From Basidiobolus meristosporus CBS 931.73 (taxonomy: Eukaryota; Fungi; Basidiobolomycota), in NCBI GenBank assembly GCA_002104905.1, contig MCFE01000403.1, positions 17,073 through 81,072 of the forward strand: a stretch of 64,000 bases of DNA, read 5' to 3'. Shown in pieces: positions 26,501-38,500 of this stretch. Position 1 is the stretch's first letter. Each line of letters starts with the position of its first letter. The translations under genes and the position numbers were made by a program. Below the pieces are notes generated by a model, which made no database searches, was not told the origin of the DNA, and worked only from the letters and a program-made list of their open reading frames with translations.

Positions 26501-28276
26501 TCATATGAACATCCCTTACAAACATTCATTTGATTGGAATTGAGTATTTTGGGCCCAAAACAAGCCGATTTTTCACCAATTGGCTCATTTTCTGTTCCCC
26601 AATGTGTCATAGCCTCCTATGCCATGTTTCCCAGCTGGTTTCATCAGTTTCAGCAATGTTGACATACTCAGGTACAATGATCTTGGACTGTAACTTGTAT
26701 ATATTGTGATCTCTGATTCCCAAAGCTAATTTTTGTCCATTCTCACGCAACATTGTGCAGCTCATCTTAGTAAAAAAAACTTCAGTCCCTGAGCAGTTGC
26801 TTTACTGACTGAGAGTAAGTTCTTGGCTATTCCAGGTACATAGAGTATGTCAGTGAGTCTCACTGTGGTTGCCCCTGAGCTATTGCTCATATTAAGTTGT
26901 ATAGACCCACTTGCGGTAGATTCCAGAGCAGAGTTATCTCCCAGATAAACCTTTCTTATGGGAATAGTTTTTAAGTTGCTGAACCACTCCTTTATACCAC
27001 AAATATGCTGTGATGCTCCAGTGGCAATATACCATTCATTACTTTGGTTACTTGCACTCACTTATACGGTTACAAATAACTGTTCATCAGTAGTTATATG
27101 GTTTGCCTGCTCTAGTTTCTGTTTTTTGTCTGCTTGTTTCTTCTTGCATTCTCTTGCCCAGTGTCCTGGCTTTTTACAATTGTTGCAGCAACCAGGTTTT
27201 CTTTGGTTTTGTTGTTTTCCCTTCTTTTCTGAGTGCCTTTCTGAAATGAATAAAGCATTATCTTTGATTTTCTCTGCTTGATCATTACGTCTGAGTTCTT
27301 CATGGAGAAGTCTTCCTGTGACATAGTCTAAAGTAAAGTTGTCTTATCTGCTTTCAAAAGAAAGTATGAGTGGCTCATACTTGTCTGATAGGCTGCAGAG
27401 CAGACAGAGTATGATTTCTTCATTATCTACACCCGCATTAATACTGTAAAGTTCTTCTGCAAGTGTCTCCATATTGGTAATGAGTTGCAGCATTTCATCA
27501 TCTGGCTTCTTCCTCATGTTGAAGAACTTTTGTTTCAAGTACAGCTTGCTTGATACTGACTTTGCCCTAAATATCTTCTCTAAGGATTCCCATGCTGCTT
27601 TGGCAGTATTTGAGGCATGGATTGGTCCAATGAAGGAATCTTGCACATGGATACATTTGGCATTAAAGGCCTTTCTCTCCTTCTCTTGAAACTTCTGCAC
27701 TTCTTCTGATGTTCCTTTGGGCTCAACTTCTTTTCCTGTTACTATATTCCAAAGCTTCCTTTCCTCAAGGTGGATCTAAATCTTGATTCTCCAAAGTCTA
27801 TAGTTCTTTCCATCAAGCCTCTCCTTTACAGGGAAGATGTCTGAGTTGTTCTGTTTACTGGTAGAAGTCATCTTTAGAATAGATTAAGGTGGTCAGGGCT
27901 CACAGCCTGTTGAAAGTTAAGAAGTGACTTGGATATAGGGAACCTATCAAGAAATAGTGATAATAGTTGAACTGTTGCTTATTAATAAAGAAGCTCAGTA
28001 ATTATACCTTTGTAGAAGTAATACAGCTTTAACACTAAGTAAGGAGGGTTTCTCAATATTCAGGAGCATTCTGTAACAGTTTCAGGGTTAGTACATAATA
28101 CTTAGTATTAGTGCTAATTTGATCCTGACTATAGGGGAATAGTCATAAGATCATAGATCTGAAGAATGTGGCAAAGTTAGAGCTGTAAATTAGTCCCACA
28201 TTGACCAAGACTAGTCCAGAATTGTTAAGTAAATTTCTAGCTACAGAATTATACCAAATAGTTCAATATTTCAACA
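23594..28276 (-). mobile_element. Full-length decayed Ty1/Copia family E (LTRs 27908-28276 and 23594-23962, 369 bp each)
   Basis: PBS GGCTGTGAGCCC (27896-27907) and PPT (23963-23972). gag 27112-27870, WYIATGASQH, integrase HSDICGPM..SDNGGKY (25798-26610), RT YKARLVAKGYSQ (24947-25543), RNase H KKQPTVALSTTEAKY. About 18 LTR mismatches counted by eye. Confidence 0.95.
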
Positions 28277-29599
28277 TGTTTTACTTCTGAGATCAGTGTT
28301 ATGTACATTGTCTCACATTTAAGACAGAACCCACTTAAAAAAACACCCTGCATATATAGACATCAATTTTAACAGCAGTGCAGCTATTTGAGCTGATTTG
28401 CACCTAGGCAATCTTTGAGTGCTGGTTATGACACCTTGTCCAACAACTAAGATCATTGATTTACTTGTTCAATGGGCAAAATGGGATTTGGGATGGCAAA
28501 TCAGGTAGCTTGTGTATTGTTCAATGAGCTAATTGAGGGTGCACAGCTTTAGGGTACTCTGAGACCAATCAGCTATTGACATGCCATTCAATTGGAGTCA
28601 TAGTGCTCCAAATGGTAAGTATCAGTGTAGTTTATAGTGTGTTACTCATTTATTTCTATTGACATTGAAGAAACATATCCTATTACCTGATTTTACCTAC
28701 CACAATAGTGATTTCAAAATGCGCATGCAACGCAAACATTATCAGTTACCTCAATCATCCATGCCATTCTTGTGGTGTCTGATTGTGCCGTAATGTATAA
28801 GATTGTCCCACATAGTGCAAGCTTATACTGGGGCAATCCGGCCTACTTATAGCTACACTATCATGCTTGATTGCTCTTAACAGCCACAAATTTCACCACA
28901 CACCCTGACAGAGTGCATTGGAACAAGTCTAATATTTGCCACCAATATATAGAGCAAAGTTATCTGATTTCCTGCTAAATCCTACCAAAGGTGAACAACA
29001 ACAACACCTCTAGCTCACAGTGAAGTAAGCTATTGAAAGTTGCCACAGGACTGCAAGCAGCTTATAATCCTCAAAAATAAGAGAATATAAAAAATTAAGT
29101 ACTTGATATAGATGAGCAGCATATTGAATGCCATAGCATTACCATCACCAGTATTTGCAAATATGCATATTTTATGTCTTGATATGATAGTTTTAGAGGA
29201 AAAGGGAATTTGGCTGGCATTGCACTCTCTGAAACTTGAACTGATTTTTGTCAAGGTTCCAGCATTTCCTACTATAAATCTTGCTGGATCAAGTGCTAAC
29301 CAATTAAACTTGCTAGAGTAGATTGTAGCTGATGACTCATCTGACAGCATTCTCATCACCCATTTAGGTCTTAGTAAATGCTTCAGTTTCAATATAATAA
29401 GGGTCTGCTGATTCATTTAGTTACTGTTTCTACTGACTTGATGGACAATACTGATATTCTTGTAGGCTAAGCATAAATACATGCTTACTTAAATAAAAAT
29501 TGATACAACTTGTATATTCAATCAGCAAATTATAAAACTCTCCCCTTCTGATGCTGAGTGGCCTCTCCTGAGTCTCCTTTGTTTGATACTATTGTCTTG

Positions 29600-29990
29600 A
29601 TAATTCCAATATGACTTAAGAGGTGATTGGATCCAGGGAACCTATAGTGCTAATTTCAGAGCTATTTTGTATTCATGAAGAAGTTGAAATACTGAAGAGT
29701 CTGATAAAATTAAGCAGCAATGAGTTTACTTAACAACTCTGGCCTAGTTTTACTTACAGTGAGACTCATTGCAATACCAAACTTGCCAACTCCATCCAGA
29801 TCTATAAATGCTGAGCTTCTCTATCAACAATCAACACTTCACTTATTACCACTTTTCCTGATCAGTTCCTTCCATCCAAAGCACTACAAAAGTTGAAACA
29901 GACAAAGTGGTGATTGTAATACTGCCACAGCAGCCTTGGAATTCTCAGAGAATATCTTTGGAGCTAAGTCAGGGGAAGTGCTAAAATATC
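29600..29990 (+). mobile_element. Possible DIRS/tyrosine-recombinase retrotransposon remnant (RNase H/MT-like region)
   Basis: Frameshifted fragments NTEESDKLSS, HCNTKL, KALQKLKQ and VVIVILPQQPW resemble the order of DIRS motifs N..AD.LSR, NTKL, VLQKI.Q and ILVAP.W..QPW. Very degenerate. Confidence 0.3.
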
Positions 29991-30129
29991 CAGCTATTTG
30001 ATATCATTCAGCAGCAAAAAGCTTACTTGGCAGTAGTGGACTAGTTAGTCACAGTAGAACTCATAGTACAAACTTTACCACATTGATCCACAGATATGGT
30101 CATATGAATAAGCCCCTAAAATCATGATT

Positions 30130-32580
30130 GAACTGGCATTTTTACCAAACATTATGTATTATGGTCTTGTCCATATATGCAAAGCTATCTTATTAGCTGG
30201 GCAGTAGACTAACTCTCTGATGTTAATTCTTACAGCTTCCCTTATAAATTGAAGTTAAATGTATATATATGTGTTTAGCTCTGGAGTGATTTGTAGAACT
30301 CCTAGTTTATGAAGTATTACTTTGATTGCCATTGTAAATACAGATTGACCATCTGAGCTAGACCTAGGTATTAGAATAGCTGCTGTAGCTGTGTAGTATT
30401 CTGGTTTGCTTGTCAATCTTTCATATTCTTTGCTTCAATATCAAAGAAGGCCACAGTTGAGTAATTCATTCAAATGCAAGTGAGAGCTGCACCAGCATAT
30501 AGAAAAACAAGCCCAATAGTGAAATATCACTCAATATAATCCCTGCCCCAATCTGAATCACTATAACTGTCAAACTCCTACTTATTAGCTGCTCTTGAGT
30601 ACTCTAGTATCATATGTATGGGACCATGTAGAAACTTGAATATATACTTAACTGCTGCAATTTATTCACATCCATCATTTTGTCTGAAGTAGCTGAATAC
30701 TCCCACTGCCACTGCAGCACCAGGGCATAAGGGAATCAGTAAGTGCATCAAGCCACCAGACACTATTTGATATTGAAAGGTTTTTTAAATTCAAGCAATC
30801 TGACCCAAAGCTGGCTGAAATTTGCTCAATTTATGTTGTTCTCCATCAGGGTTATAGTGTTTACTCAATTTTACATGAACTTTGATTTAAATATGCTGCA
30901 CAAATGAGTACATCTCTCAAAGTTTGTTATTCATGTATAACCACATGCTCAATACTTGCTTAATCCTAAACAGCACTTCTCTCACTCTGCACATCATATA
31001 GAGGCTTTTGGATTGGTAGAAGCTTTGTGTTACACAATTAATGCTGTATCTTGCATATTATCATTCAGGAATGAAGCCTTGGCATCCATTTAGTGTAAAT
31101 CTAGACTGTGTGGAGCTGCTGGGGCTAGAACTGTCCTAACAAATCTAGACCTAGTAACCAGTGCAAATGTTTCCTTATATCTTGTCCTTGAATCTAGAAA
31201 TAGCCTTTAGTAACATTTCTAGCCATGTGCTTATCAACGATACCATTTGAGGCTAACTTGATCATGTTGATCCATTTACATCCTATTGGCTTTATACTAA
31301 TTGGTAAGCCAATACTTTAACACATTTTTGCCATTAGGGGGTTGGTTCTCCTACATGGCCTTTTGCCAAATAGTAGAGTTGGAACTTTGCATTGCCTGTA
31401 CTGCATTTATAGGTTTCGCACATAAGGAAGAAAAGCTTCCTCATGGTCAATGATATCTGCCATCAAGATGTGGGAGAATTTCTTATTCTAGTAGATCCCT
31501 AAACTGGGATAATCATTTCTAGTCTGAAATTAGTAGAATTATCTTCTGTATCTAGCTCTGCTGGCAAAACAACATATTCTTAAATGGTAAATATAACATC
31601 GGGCAGATGGCTAATCATCTGAATGAATTCCTGATCCTAAAGGTCCTCAAAAACACACCTCTATTGTTGAACTGCTTCTGAGTTAGGACATCATACAGTA
31701 TATACCCTTCATTATCTTCACAGACCCAAGAAAGACATTTTTTCTTTTGTCAGGGATACAATGGTAGATAACGCTACCAAAAACATCCAGATACTGGAGG
31801 TCTAGATTATTGCCTGAAAGTGCTTCAAAGAGTGTAAAATCATGGCATGCTGCTGTTGAGCATCTGTTCTTGATGTACACTGTGATAGCAGCAGAATCTG
31901 CCAAAAACATCAATCTGTTCTCCTGACTAGCTGAGATGAATACATAGTAAGCCACCTAGAGTAGCTGAACCTCCTTAGTTACCACAAAGTACCTTCAATT
32001 TACACCTAATCTCTACTTCAGCCATAATGTTATATGGTTCATATGTCACTAGAACCAAATCCTTAATCTGTAGGAAGTACACCAATGTATGTCTTGCATT
32101 GTAATAAACTAACAATGTAAATTAATTCTTGGCTCCAGTGGACAGTGTTCTCATAGGCACACTTCTCTGTTAGTGTAAAACAGCCAATATTTTGATGGTA
32201 TCAGTGTTTTGTGAACTCCTTAAACTCTAATTGTCTTATTTGCCATATGAACATCCCTTTTGTACACTCAAATTGATTGAAACTGTGTATTATAGGCTCC
32301 ACACAAGTTGACTTTTAACCCATTGGCTCATTTTCTGTACCCCAATATGCCCTAGACTTATTTGACATGTCTGCAAGCCAGTTTCATCAGCTTTAGCAGT
32401 GGTTACAAGCTCAGGTAAAGTCATCTTACATTGGAAATTGTAAATATTGTCAATGCTAATTCCTGAAGCTAGCTTCAGCCTATTTTCACTGTGCATTGGG
32501 TAGCTCAGGAATGTAAAAGTAGAATGCAGTCTCTGAGTGGTTGCTCTGCTCACCAAGAGTCAGTTTTTGCTATCCCAGCT
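30130..32580 (-). mobile_element. Older degenerate Copia related to family E (integrase-RT-RNase H), no LTRs recognised
   Basis: ORFs 31683-31955 and 32290-32556, and the DNA between them, are collinear with Copia E 24000-26700. Confidence 0.75.
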
Positions 32581-35500
32581 GAATGAAATCAAATAGTCCA
32601 GAATTTCAATTAATTTAGCACTGTCAGTATATCTTTCAAGCTCCAGTCAATCACTGCAAGCTTAATCTTGTAGGATATTCCTTAGTTTGTCCATTATTTT
32701 GTTAGTTACCAAGATTAAATTGTCAACCGCTGCATCCAAGAGAAAGCTTCATGATCTGCTACTTGAATATGAGAGAAGTATCAGCTCTCTGTCAAACCAA
32801 ATAGTTTTATATTTAGTCTATTAGTGTAACAATATTGTCCATCAGTCTGGTTGTAGTAGTCAGGAAATGAATCAGCAGGGCATTATCATGCAGAAATAGG
32901 TGTATTAAGTACTAAAAAAATTGGTTAAGATCATGCAATTGGATGTGTCATTTACTACAATACATATCAGAAAATACTATTAGTTGCCAATCTATCTAGC
33001 AAAGTGTACATAAGGAGCTGCTGGAACCTCAACAAAGATGAGTTCAAAGTTGTAGTGACTACAGTACTGGCTTAAATTCTATTCCTCTGCAATCCTTTAT
33101 CAACCCTTGCAAACTTGGTAGCAGAAATAACTAGAAACCTCTCTACCAAGGTAACAAGTAGCATCTCCCAAGATGTCAGAATATCAAGAATGGAAAAATG
33201 CTATGCAGCAAATCTTGGCTCAAAAGCAGTAGCTACTCCAGATCCTCAGCCAGCTGCAACAAGGAATGACTACCACAGCCTAGAGCCACCAAAGCCTTAT
33301 TAAGAGCAAAGGTCAACAAGCTCCATGGCAGAATCAGTAAATGCCTTGAAACCAGGTCTTTCAAGTTCAAGAGGCTTTCAAAGCCAAAGGAATTGCTGCA
33401 GAAAGCAAGTTGCAATGTGCAACTTCCTACTTGGCAGATGCAGCTTTAAAGTGATATCACAAAAACAAGAGGTCCACCATCAAAATGGAATGCTCTACTA
33501 TCTCTACCAGGGATGAGTTTGTGTCGGTAACTCAGGATGCTTTGAGCCTCCACACCAGCTGACACCACTAAGGCAGTAACTGTAGACACTCAGACAGAAA
33601 GGTATGGTTCAAGAATAGTTCTATGAGTATAGATATCTACTTTGAAAGATTGAGAGAATGGACCCCCTTGATAATGTTCTATACTTAACTGACAGGTTAT
33701 AAGAAAGAAAATGCAAGCCAGTGAATGATTTAAGTCCTCCAACTACTGAACATGCCATCTGGATTTCTCTTGACTATAATTCAGCTATGTTTGGAGATGG
33801 AAAGCCTAGAGTGACTATTCAGCAAAGCTGCAATCACTATGCAAGATGACCATCAAGAGCAGCATCAATGGAAGTACATGCTCTGCAGAAAAAAGGACTT
33901 TATTTCAATTGCTACCGGCATGAGCACATCTCAAGGAAATGCCCTCAGGCAAGAAATAGACACTACTCAACAAAAACCTTCAACTATATTGAAGACCTCA
34001 AGCATACTAATGTGGAGAATCAACTCAAGGAAGACCAAGAGCTGACCTTGTATGTGACTTAAAAATACCTATCCCAAATGACCTCATACCTGAGAAAACT
34101 GATATACTTGTGTTACAAGTCTTGGTATAAGAGTTGTAGAGGAATAGGGAGTTTAGCTAGTATTGTATTCACTAAAACTTGAACTGATCGTTATTGAGGT
34201 TCCAGTAGCTCCTTATATACATTTTGCCAGATCAATTGCTGACTAATTCTATATCCTAATGTAGATTGTGGCTGATGACTTATTTGATTGCATCATCATC
34301 ACCCAATAAGATCCTACTTAATATAACTATTTCTGTCTGATAAGGATCTGCTGATTCTTATGCTGACTAATGCCACTGATTTGATAGATAATACTGATAT
34401 ACTGATAACCTAAACATATACTAATTGATTAGACTAAAAACTGATCTAACTTAAGCATTCAGGCAGCCGATCATAGCATTCTCCCCTACAAAGGTTGAGA
34501 GGGTTCTCCTGAATCTCTTTTCTTGTGATACCAATATCTTAATGGTTCAGTATTATCAGCAAGTCTTGCAAGTTTGAGTGTGTCCCTATGCACTAAGTCT
34601 TCCTGGATGTTGCCTTGTTTGTCCACTAGTTAGTAAGCTGCAAATGGACATTCTCTGATGATCTTGATTGGTCCTGTCCATTGTGGCTCATGCTTCTTTG
34701 AAGTGTTGTTTCTTAGCAATACAAAGTTCCCAATTGTCCATGCTTCTGGTGCTATAGTCTTATCAAATCTCTGCTTCATCTTTTCTGCACTTTGAGATAC
34801 TTTGGTCTGAGCCACTTGACGTCTTTGTTCCAGCTTCTGGTATCTACTTGGCTGACTGAGTTCATCTTCTATGGTGTCTGTGAGCTTTGGTTGTGTGAGA
34901 TCTCCTGGAATCCTAGGTTCACATCCATACACTATGTAAAATGGCAATTGCTGGGTGGTATTGTGTACTCTGACTCTGCATGCAAAGAGTGCTTGGTCTA
35001 TATACTCATCCCATCTACTGACAACTCCATTTGAATACTTGGTCAGCATTTTTCCAAATAATCCATTAAGCCGTTCAGTGACTCCATTAGTTCTGGGGTG
35101 ATACGCCAAGGTTCTCAAGTGATTGATCTGCTGCATTTCCAGGTAAGCTTCCAATGTCTTTGTCATAAAGTTTGCACCTCTATTGGATAGAATCTCTACA
35201 GGGCATCCAAATTTCATAAGGATCTCATGGTAGATGAAACTTGCAACTACTTGTTTACTGTCTATAGGTACAGCAGTAGCAACTGGCCATTTGGTGGCAT
35301 GATCAATTGCTACTAGGATCCAACAGTTGCATTTGCTGGTAGTTGGCAGTCTTCCAATAAAGTCAATTCCCCATCTTTCAAATGGTCTTACAAGCTCCAA
35401 GGGAAAAATTTCAGCAATTCTCTGTGGTTAGCCTTGGTTGATTTGGCAATTTGGGCATGTTTTCACTAGCTTCTCAATGTCTTGTTTCATTTGGGGCCAC

Positions 35501-38500
35501 CATGCTCTGGCTTTCACAAGGCTATAAGTTCCTCCACTTCCAAGATGTCCATATCCATTGTGTAGCTTATGTATTAAATCCTGGCAAGAAACATAAGGGC
35601 AATAGGCAACAGGGCTTCCATCAACCATTTTGCAGAGTGTTTCATCCTGTACTATAAATTTGCTGGCTGCTTCCTGGATTATCTTCTTGATATCTTCATC
35701 CACCTCATTAGGAGTGGCTTAGTCCTCCAAGTACTTTGGTAATAGGCTAGGCCAATCTGATTCATGCACCAAGTTGAGTTGTGCAGCTTGTTCTAATCTT
35801 GATAAGGCATCAGCAACCGTATTGTTTTTCCAGGGCAGTAGACAATCTCTAAGTCAAATTGCTGAATGTATTTGCTCCATCTTGTCATTCTTCTAGACAG
35901 TACCTTCTGAGTAAATATATACTTGAGGGAGGCCAGATCAGTCTTCACAGTGCATTTGACTCCTTCAATATAGCATCTCCATGTCTTCAAACAGTGTATT
36001 ATAGCAAGCATCTCCTTCTCATGCACTGGGTAGTTTTGCTCTGCTGAGTTCAGCTTCTTGAATTCAAAGGCAACAAGGTAGTCCTTTCCCTTGTGTTTTT
36101 GACTCAACACTCCACCAATTGCATAATCTGAAGCATCCATGCACAGAGTAAACTGTTTTCTGAAGTCAGGTATTCTTAAGCTTGGTAGTTTAGCAAATTC
36201 ATTCTTGAGCATCTGAAAGGCAGTCTCACAAGCTATGTCCCACTTATAGGTGTTGTCTTTCTTGAGGATATCAGTTGATGGTGCTGCAATACTTGCAAAG
36301 GACTTGACAAATCTTCAATAATAGGAAACCATTACAAGGAATGATCTGAGTTCTGATATGCTATGTGGCTGCTTCAGGTTCTTAATAACTTCAATCTTCT
36401 TAGGGTCTAAGGTCACTCCTGTGCTAGTCACTATGTGTCCCAGGTATTCAATGTGTTCCTTGAAGAATTCACACTTGGCTAGCTTGCCGGATAGCTTGTT
36501 CTCTCTTAGCTTCTTCAAGACCTTTTCAATGTGCACCACGTGATTCTCTTCTGTCTTGCTGTATATCAATATGTCATCCAGGTAGATTATCACAAACTTG
36601 TCAAAGTACTCCTGGAAGATGGTCTGCATCAGTGTTATGAATGTTGCAGGGGCATTGATGAGGCCAAAACTCATGACTAAGTACTTGTAATGTCCATATC
36701 TGGTCCTGAATGCTGTCTTAAGGATGTCTTCTGGCTTCACCCTAATCTGGTTGTATCCTGACATGAGGTCAATCTTGCTAAATATATTGGCACCATTGAG
36801 TTGGTCCAAAAGCTCTTCAATCCAAGGTATGGGGTACTTATTTTTCACAGTAACTGAGTTGAGGGCTCTGTAGTCAATACACATCCTAAGAGTTCCATCC
36901 TTCTTCTTCACAAAAAGAACTGGTGCTCCCCAAGGTGACTTGCTGGGTCTGATATATCCTTGCTCCAATAACTGATCTATTTGTCTCTTCATCTCTTCCA
37001 ACTCCAATGGACTCATTCTGTAAGGTGTCTTACTCACTGGGGGGCTATCTCCTGTGCCAATGGCATGATCTACATCTCTGACTGGTGGTAGGCTTACAAG
37101 TTCATCTGGAAATACGTCTGAATATACCTTCAAAAGAGTCTGGACCTTTTGGGGTACTGGTGCAGAGGAATCCTCCTGTAATACTGCCATGAGGAACATC
37201 TGGGTGCCTTTTCTTAGTGCTCTACAGAACTGTGTCTTGCTAAGTTCACTTGTTTCACACACATTGGAATTGACCAAGTTAAAATCCAGTCTGGCAGGTA
37301 ATAGCTAGTAGGTCTTGTTGTCCTTCTGTATCTGAGTAGCCTGGGTTCTCCAATTGATTGATGGATTACAACAAAATAGCCAGGTTTTCCCAAGTACAAG
37401 GTCAAACTTGCAGTTCCCAAATATATAGGCCTGTAGATCTTCTTCATAGTCATTGATCTTCATCCTTACTGGTTGAGTAATACAGTTGATTATGTGAGAG
37501 TTCCCATTAGCTGTTGAGACTGAAGTTAATTTGGTGGGTTCCAAGTTGATTCCAGCTTTCAAAGCAAATTGCTCTGACATGTACTTGTGCAATGCTCCTG
37601 AGTCAATCATGATTTGGCAGGTACTCCATTGATTACTCCATTCAAGTATAATAGCTTTCCTGAGCTTGAGGTCATCTGGCAAAGGTATTCTTCTGTCATA
37701 TGGAAGGTGAGCTCTGAGTCTTCTTTAAGCTCATCCTCCATGTTACTTTGCTCCAGGGCATCAATATAGTTGAAGGTTCTTGATGGCTGGTGTCCATTTC
37801 TTCTCTGAGGGCAGTACTTTGCAATATGTCCCTGCTGGTGGCAATTAAAGCAAAGTCCTTTCTTCTTACATTCTTCCAAGGTAGAATTCTTCTGTATGGG
37901 GTCTATTTGCATTTGCACTGTTTCTGATTGTCTTCTTTCATAGTGATTGTAGCCTCTCTGATTAGTCATTGTGGGCTTCCCAACTCCAAACATAGCTGAG
38001 TCATAGTCAATGGCAATCTTGATGGCTTGTTCAATAGTCTGAGGTCTTTGATAATTCACTTCCTTACAAGTTCTTTCTTTTAACCCATCAATAAAGTATT
38101 CAACTTGATCCAGAGGGTCCATTCTTTCAATTTGTCCAAGTAGACACCTATATTCATAGATGTACTCTTGGACCATTCCTTTCTGTCTGAGTGTCTTCAA
38201 CTTTCTTTTTAGTAGTGTCTGTTAGTGTGGGGGTTCAAAGGCATCAGAATTTCCAACACAATCTCCTCCCAGGTAGAGATTTTTGAGCACCCCATCTTTG
38301 TGGATGACCTGATCTTGTTGTGGCACCACTGTAAAGCTGCATCTGCCGGGTAAGAGACTGCGTAATGTAACTTGCTTTCTGGAGCAATTCCCTGAGCCTT
38401 GAAAGCTTCTTCAATCTGGAAGAGCCAAGTTCCCAGGTTTTCATTGACTCTGCCATGGTACCGGTTGACTTTTGCACTAAAGTTGCTCTTGACAGGGTTT

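Larger units (their letters stand above)
20160..28930 (-). mobile_element. Second PHIS-type element (right end missing), interrupted by an LTR-C/LTR-B nest and by Copia E
   Basis: ORF 20164-20538 (YSGKYKAYCVKFQALS...HRKPRNG...YNEIFNHFRVRI). 22500-23590 and 28277-28930 are homologous in reverse to 4528-6200. Terminus GAACAAGTCT at 28921-28930 is followed by AAT. Confidence 0.7.

Noticed and set aside
29030-29416. 128-aa ORF (and ORFs at 17412-17829, 48674-48931, 55058-55285) as host genes
   Set aside because: No recognisable motifs or splice structure, and they sit in CpG-erased repeat DNA; likely chance ORFs in unclassified decayed repeats.
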